NCBI GenBank assembly: GCA_004559785.1
Contig: SFXD01000001.1
Span: 1 to 55,831 of the forward strand
Direction of reading: 5' to 3'
DNA: 55,831 bases
DNA from: a bacterium
GTDB lineage: Bacteria > Bacteroidota > Bacteroidia > Bacteroidales > Bacteroidaceae
The translations under genes were made by a program, and so were the position numbers. The notes below the pieces were generated by a model. It saw nothing but the letters and a program-made list of their open reading frames with translations. It made no database searches and was not told where the DNA came from. Positions 9,180 through 18,563 of this stretch are shown piece by piece (position 1 is the stretch's first letter; the number at the start of each line of letters is the position of its first letter).

Positions 9180-9929
9180 GTCTTATAACTGTCTTCAATT
9201 TTTGACGTACCGCTCCCAAGGGGGCAGAATCCGCTACGGAATCCTGTCATTGTGCACCTGCATCCTTAGTGCACTAATCCAAGACTATGGCATGTCTTTA
9301 TTGTGTCATAGCATCGCCTTACGGTTAAACACATAGGCGAAAGTCGGTACTGAAACAATCCTTGTTCTTTGTTTTCTCTTTGTCTTCTTAACCTCTTTAC
9401 ATCAATTCCCTCATCCCGATATGCGGAAGGAGCGGTTACAACATGAAGACAGTATGTGGAAATACGCAAAAAAGCGCGGGAACTGTTCCATTGCCTGTCC
9501 CGCGATTCGAGGCCTTCGCATTGCCTATCCTACAGAGACAAGCAACGCAGAGCCCACGCCGATATGAAATAAAAGTCCCCCCTTCGTATGTACTTCCATT
9601 GTATATGATGATACAATCAACCATAATAGATATCTTTATGGTAACATACAAAAGGGATGCGAATATTATCACACCCCGGAGCATCTACCGTTGCCCTGCC
9701 TTTTGCAAGATTTCCTGAAGTTGCGAAGTTCCGAACCGCAAAGACAAGGCGTCGTGTAAACGCCTTCGTTATATCTTTCACTCACAGTTACCCTCCCTTA
9801 CCCCCTCACGTATCAAGGATACGCCTGGGACGGCGTGGGCAAAGACATTCATGGGATGCTCACCTCGACAGGTGCATCACCACCCCTCGTTGCAGAGGGA
9901 AATGCCTCCTTACCATGAGTTTCAAGATG

Positions 9930-9937
9930 CAAAATTA
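9930..9937 (-). promoter_or_regulatory. Only canonical -7 box (TAATTTTG on the minus strand) found in the 900-nt region upstream of the fimbrial operon
   Basis: caaaatta on the plus strand is TAnnTTTG on the minus strand. It would give a ~745-nt leader before the ATG at 9179. Confidence 0.25.
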
Positions 9938-10015
9938 CACTTTATTTTTAATATGAAGAACAATTCAGGCAAATAATTACTTAAAAAGCGTGCTTTTTAA
10001 CACAAATGTAAAATA

Positions 10016-10025
10016 GGGGGGGGGG
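10016..10025. repeat. Homopolymeric G10 (C10 on the minus strand) tract
   Basis: Read directly: aaata-gggggggggg-taaaa. It lies 68 nt downstream of the nagB stop, inside the fimbrial upstream region. Confidence 0.9.
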
Positions 10026-10092
10026 TAAAACGGGATTTTATTTCCCAAGAAGGGAGATTCCCGTCCATTACCCTCCCCGCGCCAGGGACAAC

Positions 10093-10884
10093 TCAGAGAT
10101 TGTCCTTCTCTATGTCCTTGAAATACTTGTACGTCCCATGCTTCAGCTCGTCGGTGGCAGCTTCGTCGCAGACGATGATGGCATGTGGGTGCAGCTGGAG
10201 CGCGCTGATGGTCCATTCCTGCGAGACTCCGCACTCTATGGCATGGTGCAATGCACGTGCCTTGCCATGCCCGTTGCATACGATGAGTACCTCCCTGGCA
10301 TCCATCACGGTGCCCACGCCCACGGTGAGTGCAGTCCTCGGCACCTGTGTGGTATCGCCTCCGAAGAAGCGGCTGTTGGCTATGATGGTGTCCGTGGTCA
10401 GGCTCTTGACGCGGGTGCGGCTGGAGAGGGAGGAGAAAGGCTCGTTGAAGGCAATGTGCCCGTCGGGACCTATGCCGCCCATGAACAGGTCGATGCCGCC
10501 CGCAGCCTCTATGGCAGCCTCGTATGCGGCGCACTCAGCCTGGAGGTCGGCAGCATTGCCGTTGAGGATGTGTACGTTAGCCGGCTGTATGTCGATGTGG
10601 CTGAAGAAGTTGTTCCACATGAAGCTGTGGTAGCTCTCGGGATGCTCTTCGGGCAGGCCTACATACTCGTCCATGTTGAACGTCACGACGTGGCGGAAGC
10701 TGACCTTGCCTGCCTTGTTCAGCTCTATCAGACGGCGGTACAGTCCAAGGGGAGAAGACCCCGTGGGGCATCCCAGCTTGAAGGGCTTTTCTGCTGTAGG
10801 CTTGGCGGCATTTATCCTGTCTGCCACATACTCGGCAGCCCAGCGGCTGAGCTGCTCGTAATCAGGTTGGATTATTACTCTCAT
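10093..10884 (-). CDS. nagB: Glucosamine-6-phosphate deaminase
   Basis: [55 protein letters not shown].. are NagB hallmarks over the full length. The track ORF extends 16 codons upstream (10932), and the 263-aa form from 10884 fits family length. Confidence 0.9.
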   Translation of the reverse strand: MRVIIQPDYEQLSRWAAEYVADRINAAKPTAEKPFKLGCPTGSSPLGLYRRLIELNKAGKVSFRHVVTFNMDEYVGLPEEHPESYHSFMWNNFFSHIDIQPANVHILNGNAADLQAECAAYEAAIEAAGGIDLFMGGIGPDGHIAFNEPFSSLSSRTRVKSLTTDTIIANSRFFGGDTTQVPRTALTVGVGTVMDAREVLIVCNGHGKARALHHAIECGVSQEWTISALQLHPHAIIVCDEAATDELKHGTYKYFKDIEKDNL

Positions 10885-10980
10885 AAGGATTCTGTTATTT
10901 AAAACTAATGTATGTTGTTTCGTATATACCATGCAAGTGAAGCGAGATAGCAGGGCAATTATGCATCCGTCCGGATGCCG

Positions 10981-12510
10981 TCACCTGGGAACATACTTGG
11001 CGTTCTCCCCGTCAGAGCCATAGATACAGCTGCGCAGGTCTGCCGTAGGGATTGCCACCGCATTGCGCGTAAGCTCGGGTACGTTGTAGCTCTTAAGCAA
11101 GAGGACGTTCATCTCAGGGTCTTCCTGCGGAATGACGAATGCCTTATGCGCCTGCCCCTCGGTATCGAAATATGCGAGGAAGGTGCGCGTGTAGTTGCCG
11201 TCCATCCTGCGGCTGCTGAAGGCTATCCAGCGTCCGTTGCTGCTCCAGCTGTGGAAGCTTTCCACGTCGTCGCTGTTGGCTTGGTGCAAGGCATAGCAAT
11301 TGCCCGTCTGAAGGTCCTTCACCCAGAGGTCGCTGCTCTTGTGCCAGATGTGGAACTGCCCATACCTGCCCTGTCCGTAAAGCACGTAGCGTCCGTCGGG
11401 ACTGACGCGAGGGAAGGTGATGCTCCTGCCCATGGATGCCGCATCCACCTCCATGCGAGGCTCCCCGAAGCGGCGGGTGACACGGTCGAAGGGAATGGAC
11501 ATGAGGTTGTAGCAGATGCTGTCGTAGTGGTAGACAAGCTGCATGGCCCTCGTACTGTCGGGAGAGCCAGGCTCGATGTAGGGTCCTACGTCGGCGTTGC
11601 AATAGAAGAGGCGGTCTCCCTCGGGCGACCAGCAGGGGAAGGTCTCGAGTTCGTTGTCCGAGCGAAGGATGTGCGACACCTCGTTACGCGTGACATCGTA
11701 GAGCAGCAGGTCGCTCTTCTCGTCCATCACCTCTATCTTCTCGGGGTGGTAGAGATGGAAAGTCTGTCCCGTCTTGTTGGTGGAGAATGCCACGAGGTTG
11801 TCCTTGGGATGCCATGAGGGATAGACTCCTGCCGTGATGATGGTGCTGTCCTTGATCTGTACCTTGCGTGCCTTGCCATCCTGCACGATGATAGTGCCGC
11901 CATAGTTGGAACGGACATGGAAGAGCATGTCCGAAGCGTCGTTGGCCCGGTAGTTGTGGCAGTTGATGCAATGGTTCTCGCTGTCGTCATACTCGCGGTT
12001 GTTCTCGTATATGGGGCGCACGTCCCACGAGGAGAGGTCACGCTGGTATATGCCCAGTTGCCTGTACAGCTCGTAGCCGGGCTCGATGAGACGGTAGCTG
12101 AGATAGCGGTCGACCTCCTCGTCTGCCACCGTGAGGGTATGCGACCTGTAGCGTACCCACTCCTGACCATGCAGGGCATAGACGTCGACCTTGACGATGC
12201 CTCCCCTGTTGGCTGCAAGCAGCGAGCGCCACTCTGCGGTGTCGGCGGATAGGGTGAGCGACCCGTCCGACTGCATGAGCAGTGGCTCTCCATTCCCCGA
12301 CAGGCTGGCTACTGCAGCCGTGGCAAGAGTGTCGCGCAGGATGAAGTTGAGCGGTGCTATGTTGGGCGGAATCACAATGTCGGCATAGTCGGGGTATATC
12401 TCTGCCTGCTTGTCTACCTGGGTATAGTGTGCGGGTATCTCCACCCTGCTGCCGCACGCCATAAGCATGACTGCCGCAGCATATATATATAATGTATATA
12501 GTTTCTTCAT
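10981..12510 (-). CDS. Lipoprotein with PD40/TolB-like beta-propeller repeats and a single CXXCH motif
   Basis: 509 aa with lipobox VMLMAC/GS. PD40-like repeats include ..WSPEGDRLFY.., ..VSPDGRYVLYGQ.. and ..WSSNGRWIAFSSRR... The motif HCINCHNY (C181-H185) lies at 11956-11970. Confidence 0.6.
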   Translation of the reverse strand: MKKLYTLYIYAAAVMLMACGSRVEIPAHYTQVDKQAEIYPDYADIVIPPNIAPLNFILRDTLATAAVASLSGNGEPLLMQSDGSLTLSADTAEWRSLLAANRGGIVKVDVYALHGQEWVRYRSHTLTVADEEVDRYLSYRLIEPGYELYRQLGIYQRDLSSWDVRPIYENNREYDDSENHCINCHNYRANDASDMLFHVRSNYGGTIIVQDGKARKVQIKDSTIITAGVYPSWHPKDNLVAFSTNKTGQTFHLYHPEKIEVMDEKSDLLLYDVTRNEVSHILRSDNELETFPCWSPEGDRLFYCNADVGPYIEPGSPDSTRAMQLVYHYDSICYNLMSIPFDRVTRRFGEPRMEVDAASMGRSITFPRVSPDGRYVLYGQGRYGQFHIWHKSSDLWVKDLQTGNCYALHQANSDDVESFHSWSSNGRWIAFSSRRMDGNYTRTFLAYFDTEGQAHKAFVIPQEDPEMNVLLLKSYNVPELTRNAVAIPTADLRSCIYGSDGENAKYVPR

Positions 12511-12534
12511 ATCATTCCAATTGTTTGTTTCGGT

Positions 12535-12711
12535 GGGAGACCCCCTCAGTCCCCCTGTTTAGGGGGAGGCTGTAAGCCATGGGAGACCCCCTCAGTCCCC
12601 CTGTTTAGGGGGAGGCTGTAAGCCATGTGTCCTTTGCTCCCTGCTCATTTCTCATCGCTCTCTGCTCTCTGCTCATTGCTTCCCCCTAAACAGGGGGACT
12701 GAGGGGGTCTC
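12535..12711. repeat. Composite REP/MITE-like element: a perfect 46-bp tandem duplication (12535-12580, 12581-12626) plus an inverted core copy (12681-12711)
   Basis: The core GAGACCCCCTCAGTCCCCCTGTTTAGGGGGA sits at 12537-12567 and 12583-12613, and its exact reverse complement at 12681-12711. The core contains its own hairpin, TCCCCCT-gttt-AGGGGGA. Confidence 0.85.
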
Positions 12712-12718
12712 TCTCTGC

Positions 12719-14329
12719 TCAATTAACTCCTGAGTTGGAGGTCGCCGGACCTGTCAAACCCTTCTTGGTCGCCTTGAGGTTGCCGAAGAAATAGTAGTAC
12801 GGGTAGTAGCCCTTGTACTTGTCGAACAATTCGTAGGCATGACCTGCACGGTCGCTCATGTACGGCTGCACCGCCTGCATGAACGCCTGTATCTTGGACG
12901 TCCTGTACTGCAGTCCCACGAACTTGCCCTCGATGCCCGGCTGCTTGGTGGATGACAACAATACGCCGTCGGCAATGATGTCGCTGGGCGTAGTGCCTAC
13001 GATGGGGGCGAGACGCTCGATGAACATGGGCATAAGCTTGGTGTAGAGGCATACGCAGAGGCTGTTGGTGAGTGCCTCCATGCTCCTGCCCTCGGTGAGG
13101 GCAAGGTTGTAGCCCATGAAGACGGGTTGCTGGTACATGTTCTCGAACGAGTCGTGTATAGGCTCGGTGAGGCGTATGCGGGCAAACTCGGGGTCTGCCT
13201 CCACCAAAGCGGGCTTGCGCACCATGGCTCCGTACTTGCTGATGAAGTCTCCCTCGAAGGGGACGTCAGACAGCAGGCGCAGGTACTTCTCAGCCAGCAA
13301 CCACTCTCCCCTGAGGAGCGAGCACTTGACCAGCAGCTTGAGCAGGCGGACGGTGGGCCCCGTCATGACCATGTTCTCCATGCAGTTGTGCATGCACGTC
13401 TGTACGAAACCCGCATGAAGCGAACCCTCCGGGACGTACATGGCACTGGCATTGTTGTGGTAGCCGTCCATGCCGAAGAGGTAGAGGGAGTCGTAGTCGA
13501 GGCGGATGTCGTACATGCGCTGGGCTATCTCGCCCGTATGCACCAGCGACATGGCATAGAAGCAAGCCATGGGGCGGTTGCTCTGGACGGCGTTATCGCG
13601 GGCCACCTCCTGCATCTTCCTCCATTGCTGCGTCTCGCTGAGGTACATCAGCCGGGTTATGGTACGCGAGTATGGACGCTGGCTCTCGTTGAAGGACAGC
13701 ACGCCTCCCATGAAGGCAAGGCAGAATGCAAGTTCGTACATGGAGTAGCGGACATTCTCGGCACGGGAAGGAAGGAACGTAGGGAGGAAGGGGCTGTGGC
13801 TGAAGACCCTGACCGCTGCGGCAAGCACCGCAAGGGCGGCAAGGATGACGCACGGCACGCCAAGGATGTAGCCCGTCTCTGCCTCGAAGAACATGTTGAT
13901 GCCCTGATACGACACTATGGCAATGTATGCCAGTGCCGGAAGGAAACGCAGGAAGCGCACCCTGGCAGGCAACCTGAGAGCGTAGCCTACGAGCCAACTG
14001 CCGGCAGTAAGGATGAAGGCCACCGACAGTCCGCCAAGCCACGGATACTTGTACAGCTGAAGCACCAACCTGCCCAGCCACCTTATGCCTGGATTGCTGC
14101 ACGAAAGGAAGAACTGCAATACCCTGCTGTCAGCCGACCAGTAGCTGTACTCCCTTGCCACATGGAACACGCAGCCGTAATAGAGCCACGCCCATAGCCA
14201 TACCAAGATGAAGAACAGGGGCAGCACGGGTATCGTGAGACGTGGTCCCTGCTTGGGGACTGCCTCCAAGGTGGTCTTCACATTGGAGGCAGTCTTGTTG
14301 TTATTATCCTTCAGTTTCTGTTTACCCAT
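12719..14329 (-). CDS. DUF6057-like polytopic membrane protein
   Basis: 536 aa. The N-terminal half has several hydrophobic helices, the C-terminal ~300 aa look soluble, and the protein ends ..YKGYYPYYYFFGNLKATKKG... It starts 14 nt after the M60 gene stop. Confidence 0.55.
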   Translation of the reverse strand: MGKQKLKDNNNKTASNVKTTLEAVPKQGPRLTIPVLPLFFILVWLWAWLYYGCVFHVAREYSYWSADSRVLQFFLSCSNPGIRWLGRLVLQLYKYPWLGGLSVAFILTAGSWLVGYALRLPARVRFLRFLPALAYIAIVSYQGINMFFEAETGYILGVPCVILAALAVLAAAVRVFSHSPFLPTFLPSRAENVRYSMYELAFCLAFMGGVLSFNESQRPYSRTITRLMYLSETQQWRKMQEVARDNAVQSNRPMACFYAMSLVHTGEIAQRMYDIRLDYDSLYLFGMDGYHNNASAMYVPEGSLHAGFVQTCMHNCMENMVMTGPTVRLLKLLVKCSLLRGEWLLAEKYLRLLSDVPFEGDFISKYGAMVRKPALVEADPEFARIRLTEPIHDSFENMYQQPVFMGYNLALTEGRSMEALTNSLCVCLYTKLMPMFIERLAPIVGTTPSDIIADGVLLSSTKQPGIEGKFVGLQYRTSKIQAFMQAVQPYMSDRAGHAYELFDKYKGYYPYYYFFGNLKATKKGLTGPATSNSGVN

Positions 14330-14343
14330 TTCCTAATATATCG

Positions 14344-17300
14344 TCACTTTACAATCTTCTTGCCACGCATCAGGTAGATGCCGCCCTTGCCTGCCCTTGC
14401 CACGCGACGTCCACTAAGGTCATAGAGCTCCTCCCGGTCAACTTCCCCGGCGGAGGAGGTACAAGCGCGTATTGAGGTCTCTATGTCCATCGGTCCATCG
14501 AAGACGTAGGTGAATGGGGAGATGGCCTCGGCATATACCACCGACTTGCCCGTGGCATCCAGGACATATCCGCTGTCTACGAAGCCGAATCGTCCTGCAT
14601 TGACCGTGACGTCCGTAAGGGTGGCAGAGAACGGGCCATTCACTACGACGGGACTCCCTGCCGTGACGGTCTCAATCTCGGGTACGAGGGTCGCTCCGTC
14701 CAGCGTTCCCTCGAAGCCCTCCCATACGTCGAAGGGCAGGCAGAGAGCCTGGTAGCCTACCCCATCCTTGGAGAAGGACAGCGAGGAGGCCTGGAAGCCA
14801 TTGGGGATGAAGCATGGCTTGTCGCCATCCAGCACGAAGTTGGCAGCGACGCCGTCGGGGGCTACCACATTGGCCTGCTGCAACAGTTCGGCCGTGGGCT
14901 GCTTCTTGGCAGACTGGCCGGGCAGGATGTATGCCACGGAGTTGGCAGGCAGGGGGCTGACGGCACTCTTGCCGGCCGAGCCCGTCCCGTAATAGTATAC
15001 GGTGTGCGGCGTGTCGCTGCCCTCGTAGTAGACGGTCATCTCGCCACGGTAGAGAGCCGGGGCGTTGGGTACGAGCACCTCGTAGCCGTTAGGCTCGCAT
15101 GCCACGATGGTGAAGCCGTCGGCCACCTTCTGCTGCACCTCCTTGGGGAAGGTGATAGTCTTGCGGTTGCTGAGGTAGACGAGGTTTCCGGCATTGTCGT
15201 ACACCTTGAATCCCACGGCACCTGAGCCTTCCACCCTGTAGGAATTGGTTCCCTGGCTGTAGGAGGAGGTATAGTAGTAGCCAGTGGTGACGTACTCCTT
15301 GGTATAGTCGCCGTACTGGCCCACGTCTCCGTTGGCACCTATGAGGTTGCATCCCTCGTTGCTGATAGCAACGCGAGTCTCGCTGGCCGGCTTGCCTTCG
15401 AGCACGCCTCCCTGGATGGAGGGCGAGGGCTTGATGCGGTCCTCGATGAAGACGATGCTGCGTGCCTTGGGGTATCGGCGCATGTACGCCTTAGCCTCGT
15501 CGATGTCCTCCTGCGTGGTGGTCATCCAGTAGTTGCTGTAGTCGCCAATCCAGTAGTCGGACACGGGGACGAACATGCCGTATGCCTCGAAGAGTTCGCT
15601 GAGGTCTTCGCCGGCTGCATCGCACATCATCCTTGCCATCTTGAGGTAGTCGTCCTTGCCGCTGCTGCGGAATCCGCCCACGATGTCCGTCACGCCGTCG
15701 CCATCAGAGTCTGTGGAGAGAGAGCCGTCCCAGGGGCCCTTTTCGATGGGGTCCTTGCGCAGCATGCGGAACAGCGTGGGATAGAAGTCGGGCTTGTTGC
15801 CCAGCACGTGGTAGTACAGGTATAGCTGGTAGTACATCTGCGTCTGCGCCCAGATGTTGCGAGACACCCATGGCGTACCCTTGGCAAACTCCGCGAAGGT
15901 GTTGGCGAGAGCCTCGCCACGGCTGGTGCTCACGCCGTGCAGGAAGACGTTGACGTTGGAGAAGAGGTTGTTGCTGACCTCCATGGTGCCCACGGCGCAG
16001 ATGCTGTTCTGGTGGTTGTGTCCCATCTCGTGGCTTGGTCCCCATGTGGCACCGCCCCCTGTCTCGGTCATGCTCTTGTAGTTCATGACGGTAGGCAGCG
16101 TGCCGTCGGAATAGTATGTCCCGAACGACGTGGCGTACATGTAGCTGTGGTTCATGGAGAAGCAGTTCCATACGTTGTTGAACCTCCCCTTCATGTCCTC
16201 CTGGAATCCCATCAGGTCTTCCTCGTTCTGCAAGAGCGTGTTCCATACTCGCATCAGTCCCTCCATCTCGTTGGCAGGCCCGACGGCATCCTGTACGAGC
16301 CTGTTGTTCATTGCGAACACGAGACGCTCGGTCTTCAGGTTGAGCACCTCGCTCTTGTCCAGGAGCCTTTCGCGCAGCAGCCTCCAGTCGGCATTGGTCA
16401 TGCCTCGGGTGGCATCCCAGTAGCCTTGCACCTCACCGCCCTCGATGTGAATCTTCATGTCGGGATAGTCGGCAAGGAACTTCTCGGGGTCTTCCAGCTG
16501 GTAGAAGATGTATATGGTGCTCCTGTCGCCCAGGAGGATTGCGTTGAGTCCCTGATGCAGAGTGGTGGTGGCACCCGTCTGGTGGTCGCCCGGGCTGTCG
16601 CTGTCGCCTATGACCTCCGCCTGCAGCGTACAGTCGGCACTGGGCTCCTGGTCTACATATATATATATAATGTCGCCCGACTTGCCCGTAATGCCCGTGG
16701 GGCCTGACAGCTTGCCGAAGCAGTTGCTCATGCCGCAGTACTGGTTGGACGACATCTTCTGGAAGTGGCTGTACACCTTGTAGTCGTCCCTTACGCGGAA
16801 GAACTTCTCGAATCCGCGGCTATATCCGTCGTCGCCCGTGCAGACCTGCCACGAGTCGTTCTTCACCTTCAGCACCATGGCCTGCATGTCGGCGTTCAGC
16901 ACCTGGTAGTCGGCATCCTGAGCCAGCTGCTCGTCGGAGAGAGCCTGTATCGCGGCCTTGAGCCTTGTGCAGGCAGCATCCTCGAAGAGGTTGGCGAGAG
17001 CGGCCTTGTACTTCGTGATGTTAGCCTTGAGGGTGGTGTAGTTACCGAGGCTGGCGCGTCCCTCCTCGATGAACTCGTCCGTTAGGGTCACCTCCTCGAA
17101 TCCCCACGTGCTGGCAGGTATGCCCTGAGAATACCACCCCACCACATTCCTGCCGGCATCGCAATGCAGTCCGACGCTTCCGTTGTCGATGATGAAATAC
17201 TTCATGTCCGTCACGTCATCGGTACGGGTCAGGGTAAAACCTGCCGCCGGTGCTCCGGACTGGGTTTTGTACGTTGTGCTGAGCGAACCGTTTTGCCGTG

Positions 17301-18531
17301 TCACGAGCCTTTCAGTACACATGTTCTTCAAGTGGAACTGCCCCTGTACTCCTGTGGGGACGAGTGTCCAGTATTGTGACAGCTTCTCGTCGTTGGCAGG
17401 CTCGCAGCCGAGGGCGTTTGCGCTGAAGTCCTCGTTGACGTATAGGTCGTAGGCTATGTTGCAGATGCGGTAGTACTTGCCAGCCACGGGCTCGCGGAAC
17501 CTGCTGTTGGCAAGGAGATAGTCCTCCACCTCCTGCAGGGTGAAGTTGTCCACGAGCGAAATGGTCCAATCCGAGCCTTGGTCTCCCTCGCAGTTCCATT
17601 CGTAGAGGGTGGAGCCGTCGCCGTTCAGGTTGAGGCAATTCTTGCCGCCGAAGTCGCTGCTGCCCGAAAGGTTGACGTAGCTGGAGCCGTTGCTGTTGTT
17701 GGGGCTCATCTGTATGTATATGGGCATCGGGGCGGATGCCGGCACGCGGAAGTTGTCGTCCCCCTCAAGGAAAAGGCCCGTGCCGCCGTTGCGCAGCGTA
17801 TAGGCATCGCCGCTCCTGCCAAGTATCCATACCTGCGAGAGGTCGTCGAGCGTGGAAGCCGCTCCAAGGACGGCAGTCTTCGTGCAGGCGAGGTTCCTGC
17901 CCGGCATGCGCCGGTTGGAGAAGCGTACCAGTCCGCCCTTGGCAAGGACATAGTTGACGTAGTCCTCGCCCGTGAGGTCGGCGGTGCTCTTCATCACCAC
18001 CTCCACGAAGGTCCAGTCTCGGTCGCCGCCTGCCGTACCCTTGCCCGAGGCACCGACGAGGTTGCCGCTCTTGCTCTGCAGGTAGTAGAGTCCGTTGCTC
18101 TGCAGGTACCAATGTCCTTCCGAGCCGAAGGCGGCTATGGCGTACTTGCTGTTGGCGCGTATGGTGTCCTCGGTGCCGTTGTTCTTGGCCGTGGTAACGT
18201 TCCGGTAATAGTGGCCAAGTCCCGACTTGATGTAGTACCTGCCTCCTTCGCTGGCAGGCTCCAGCTGTACGAGATAGCCCGCATTCGCCTCGGCGTCAAG
18301 CCCATTTGGGGCAACGTCCGTCACCCCCAGGGCGTATCCGTCGCCCTCCTTGGTATACGTGCCTGTCTTCTCATTGTAAAGGAAATACCACTTGCCCGTC
18401 TCGAGCGTGGCAGCAATCGCTCCCGAGGAAAGCGTCTTCCCCGAGAAATCCTCGGCAGCTGCGTATGCCCGGACAGTCCCGAAGAGGGAAATCAAGGCTC
18501 CGAGTAGCCAGATTTGAATCCTTTTCATCAT
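14344..18531 (-). CDS. M60-like (enhancin-type) zinc metallopeptidase with ricin-type QxW repeats and a T9SS C-terminal sorting domain
   Basis: Zincin motif ..GPSHEMGHNHQNS.. QxW-like repeats are SQVWILG, SQYWTLVP and SDWTISL. The C-terminus ..ELYDLSGRRVARAGKGGIYLMRGKKIVK is T9SS type-A CTD-like. The track start at 18558 is a TTG lying upstream of the predicted -7 box. The ATGATG at 18531 gives signal peptide MMKRIQIWLLGALISLFGTVRAYA. Confidence 0.8.
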   Translation of the reverse strand: MMKRIQIWLLGALISLFGTVRAYAAAEDFSGKTLSSGAIAATLETGKWYFLYNEKTGTYTKEGDGYALGVTDVAPNGLDAEANAGYLVQLEPASEGGRYYIKSGLGHYYRNVTTAKNNGTEDTIRANSKYAIAAFGSEGHWYLQSNGLYYLQSKSGNLVGASGKGTAGGDRDWTFVEVVMKSTADLTGEDYVNYVLAKGGLVRFSNRRMPGRNLACTKTAVLGAASTLDDLSQVWILGRSGDAYTLRNGGTGLFLEGDDNFRVPASAPMPIYIQMSPNNSNGSSYVNLSGSSDFGGKNCLNLNGDGSTLYEWNCEGDQGSDWTISLVDNFTLQEVEDYLLANSRFREPVAGKYYRICNIAYDLYVNEDFSANALGCEPANDEKLSQYWTLVPTGVQGQFHLKNMCTERLVTRQNGSLSTTYKTQSGAPAAGFTLTRTDDVTDMKYFIIDNGSVGLHCDAGRNVVGWYSQGIPASTWGFEEVTLTDEFIEEGRASLGNYTTLKANITKYKAALANLFEDAACTRLKAAIQALSDEQLAQDADYQVLNADMQAMVLKVKNDSWQVCTGDDGYSRGFEKFFRVRDDYKVYSHFQKMSSNQYCGMSNCFGKLSGPTGITGKSGDIIYIYVDQEPSADCTLQAEVIGDSDSPGDHQTGATTTLHQGLNAILLGDRSTIYIFYQLEDPEKFLADYPDMKIHIEGGEVQGYWDATRGMTNADWRLLRERLLDKSEVLNLKTERLVFAMNNRLVQDAVGPANEMEGLMRVWNTLLQNEEDLMGFQEDMKGRFNNVWNCFSMNHSYMYATSFGTYYSDGTLPTVMNYKSMTETGGGATWGPSHEMGHNHQNSICAVGTMEVSNNLFSNVNVFLHGVSTSRGEALANTFAEFAKGTPWVSRNIWAQTQMYYQLYLYYHVLGNKPDFYPTLFRMLRKDPIEKGPWDGSLSTDSDGDGVTDIVGGFRSSGKDDYLKMARMMCDAAGEDLSELFEAYGMFVPVSDYWIGDYSNYWMTTTQEDIDEAKAYMRRYPKARSIVFIEDRIKPSPSIQGGVLEGKPASETRVAISNEGCNLIGANGDVGQYGDYTKEYVTTGYYYTSSYSQGTNSYRVEGSGAVGFKVYDNAGNLVYLSNRKTITFPKEVQQKVADGFTIVACEPNGYEVLVPNAPALYRGEMTVYYEGSDTPHTVYYYGTGSAGKSAVSPLPANSVAYILPGQSAKKQPTAELLQQANVVAPDGVAANFVLDGDKPCFIPNGFQASSLSFSKDGVGYQALCLPFDVWEGFEGTLDGATLVPEIETVTAGSPVVVNGPFSATLTDVTVNAGRFGFVDSGYVLDATGKSVVYAEAISPFTYVFDGPMDIETSIRACTSSAGEVDREELYDLSGRRVARAGKGGIYLMRGKKIVK

Positions 18532-18555
18532 ATTGGGTGTTAGATTAGTTTTGCG

Positions 18556-18563
18556 CAAAGATA
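18556..18563 (-). promoter_or_regulatory. -7 box TATCTTTG for the M60 operon
   Basis: caaagata on the plus strand, ~25 nt upstream of the ATG at 18531. It matches the Bacteroidota TAnnTTTG consensus. Confidence 0.5.

Noticed and set aside
9252-9274. Invertible-promoter (fimbrial phase-switch) signature upstream of the fimbrial operon.
   Set aside because: Only a 6-bp GTGCAC hairpin was found. No long inverted repeats bracket a promoter, and the window holds no tyrosine or serine recombinase gene. The idea is unsupported from sequence alone.
9266-9956. Small ORFs in the fimbrial upstream region: 9266..9469(-), 9436..9684(-), 9443..9718(+) and 9657..9956(+).
   Set aside because: They overlap one another, have no recognisable motifs or plausible start context, and their composition is not protein-like. 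I treat the region as non-coding.
9977-10534. 185-aa ORF (minus strand, alternative frame) overlapping nagB and the G10 tract.
   Set aside because: It lies in an alternative frame of nagB, is extremely Arg/His/Gly-rich, and is incompatible with the clear NagB reading frame.
12535-12626. Possible CRISPR array, given the perfect 46-bp direct repeats.
   Set aside because: Only two units are present. They abut each other with no spacers. A third, inverted copy follows. No cas genes are in the window. The same core is dispersed as solo copies, which is REP/MITE behaviour.
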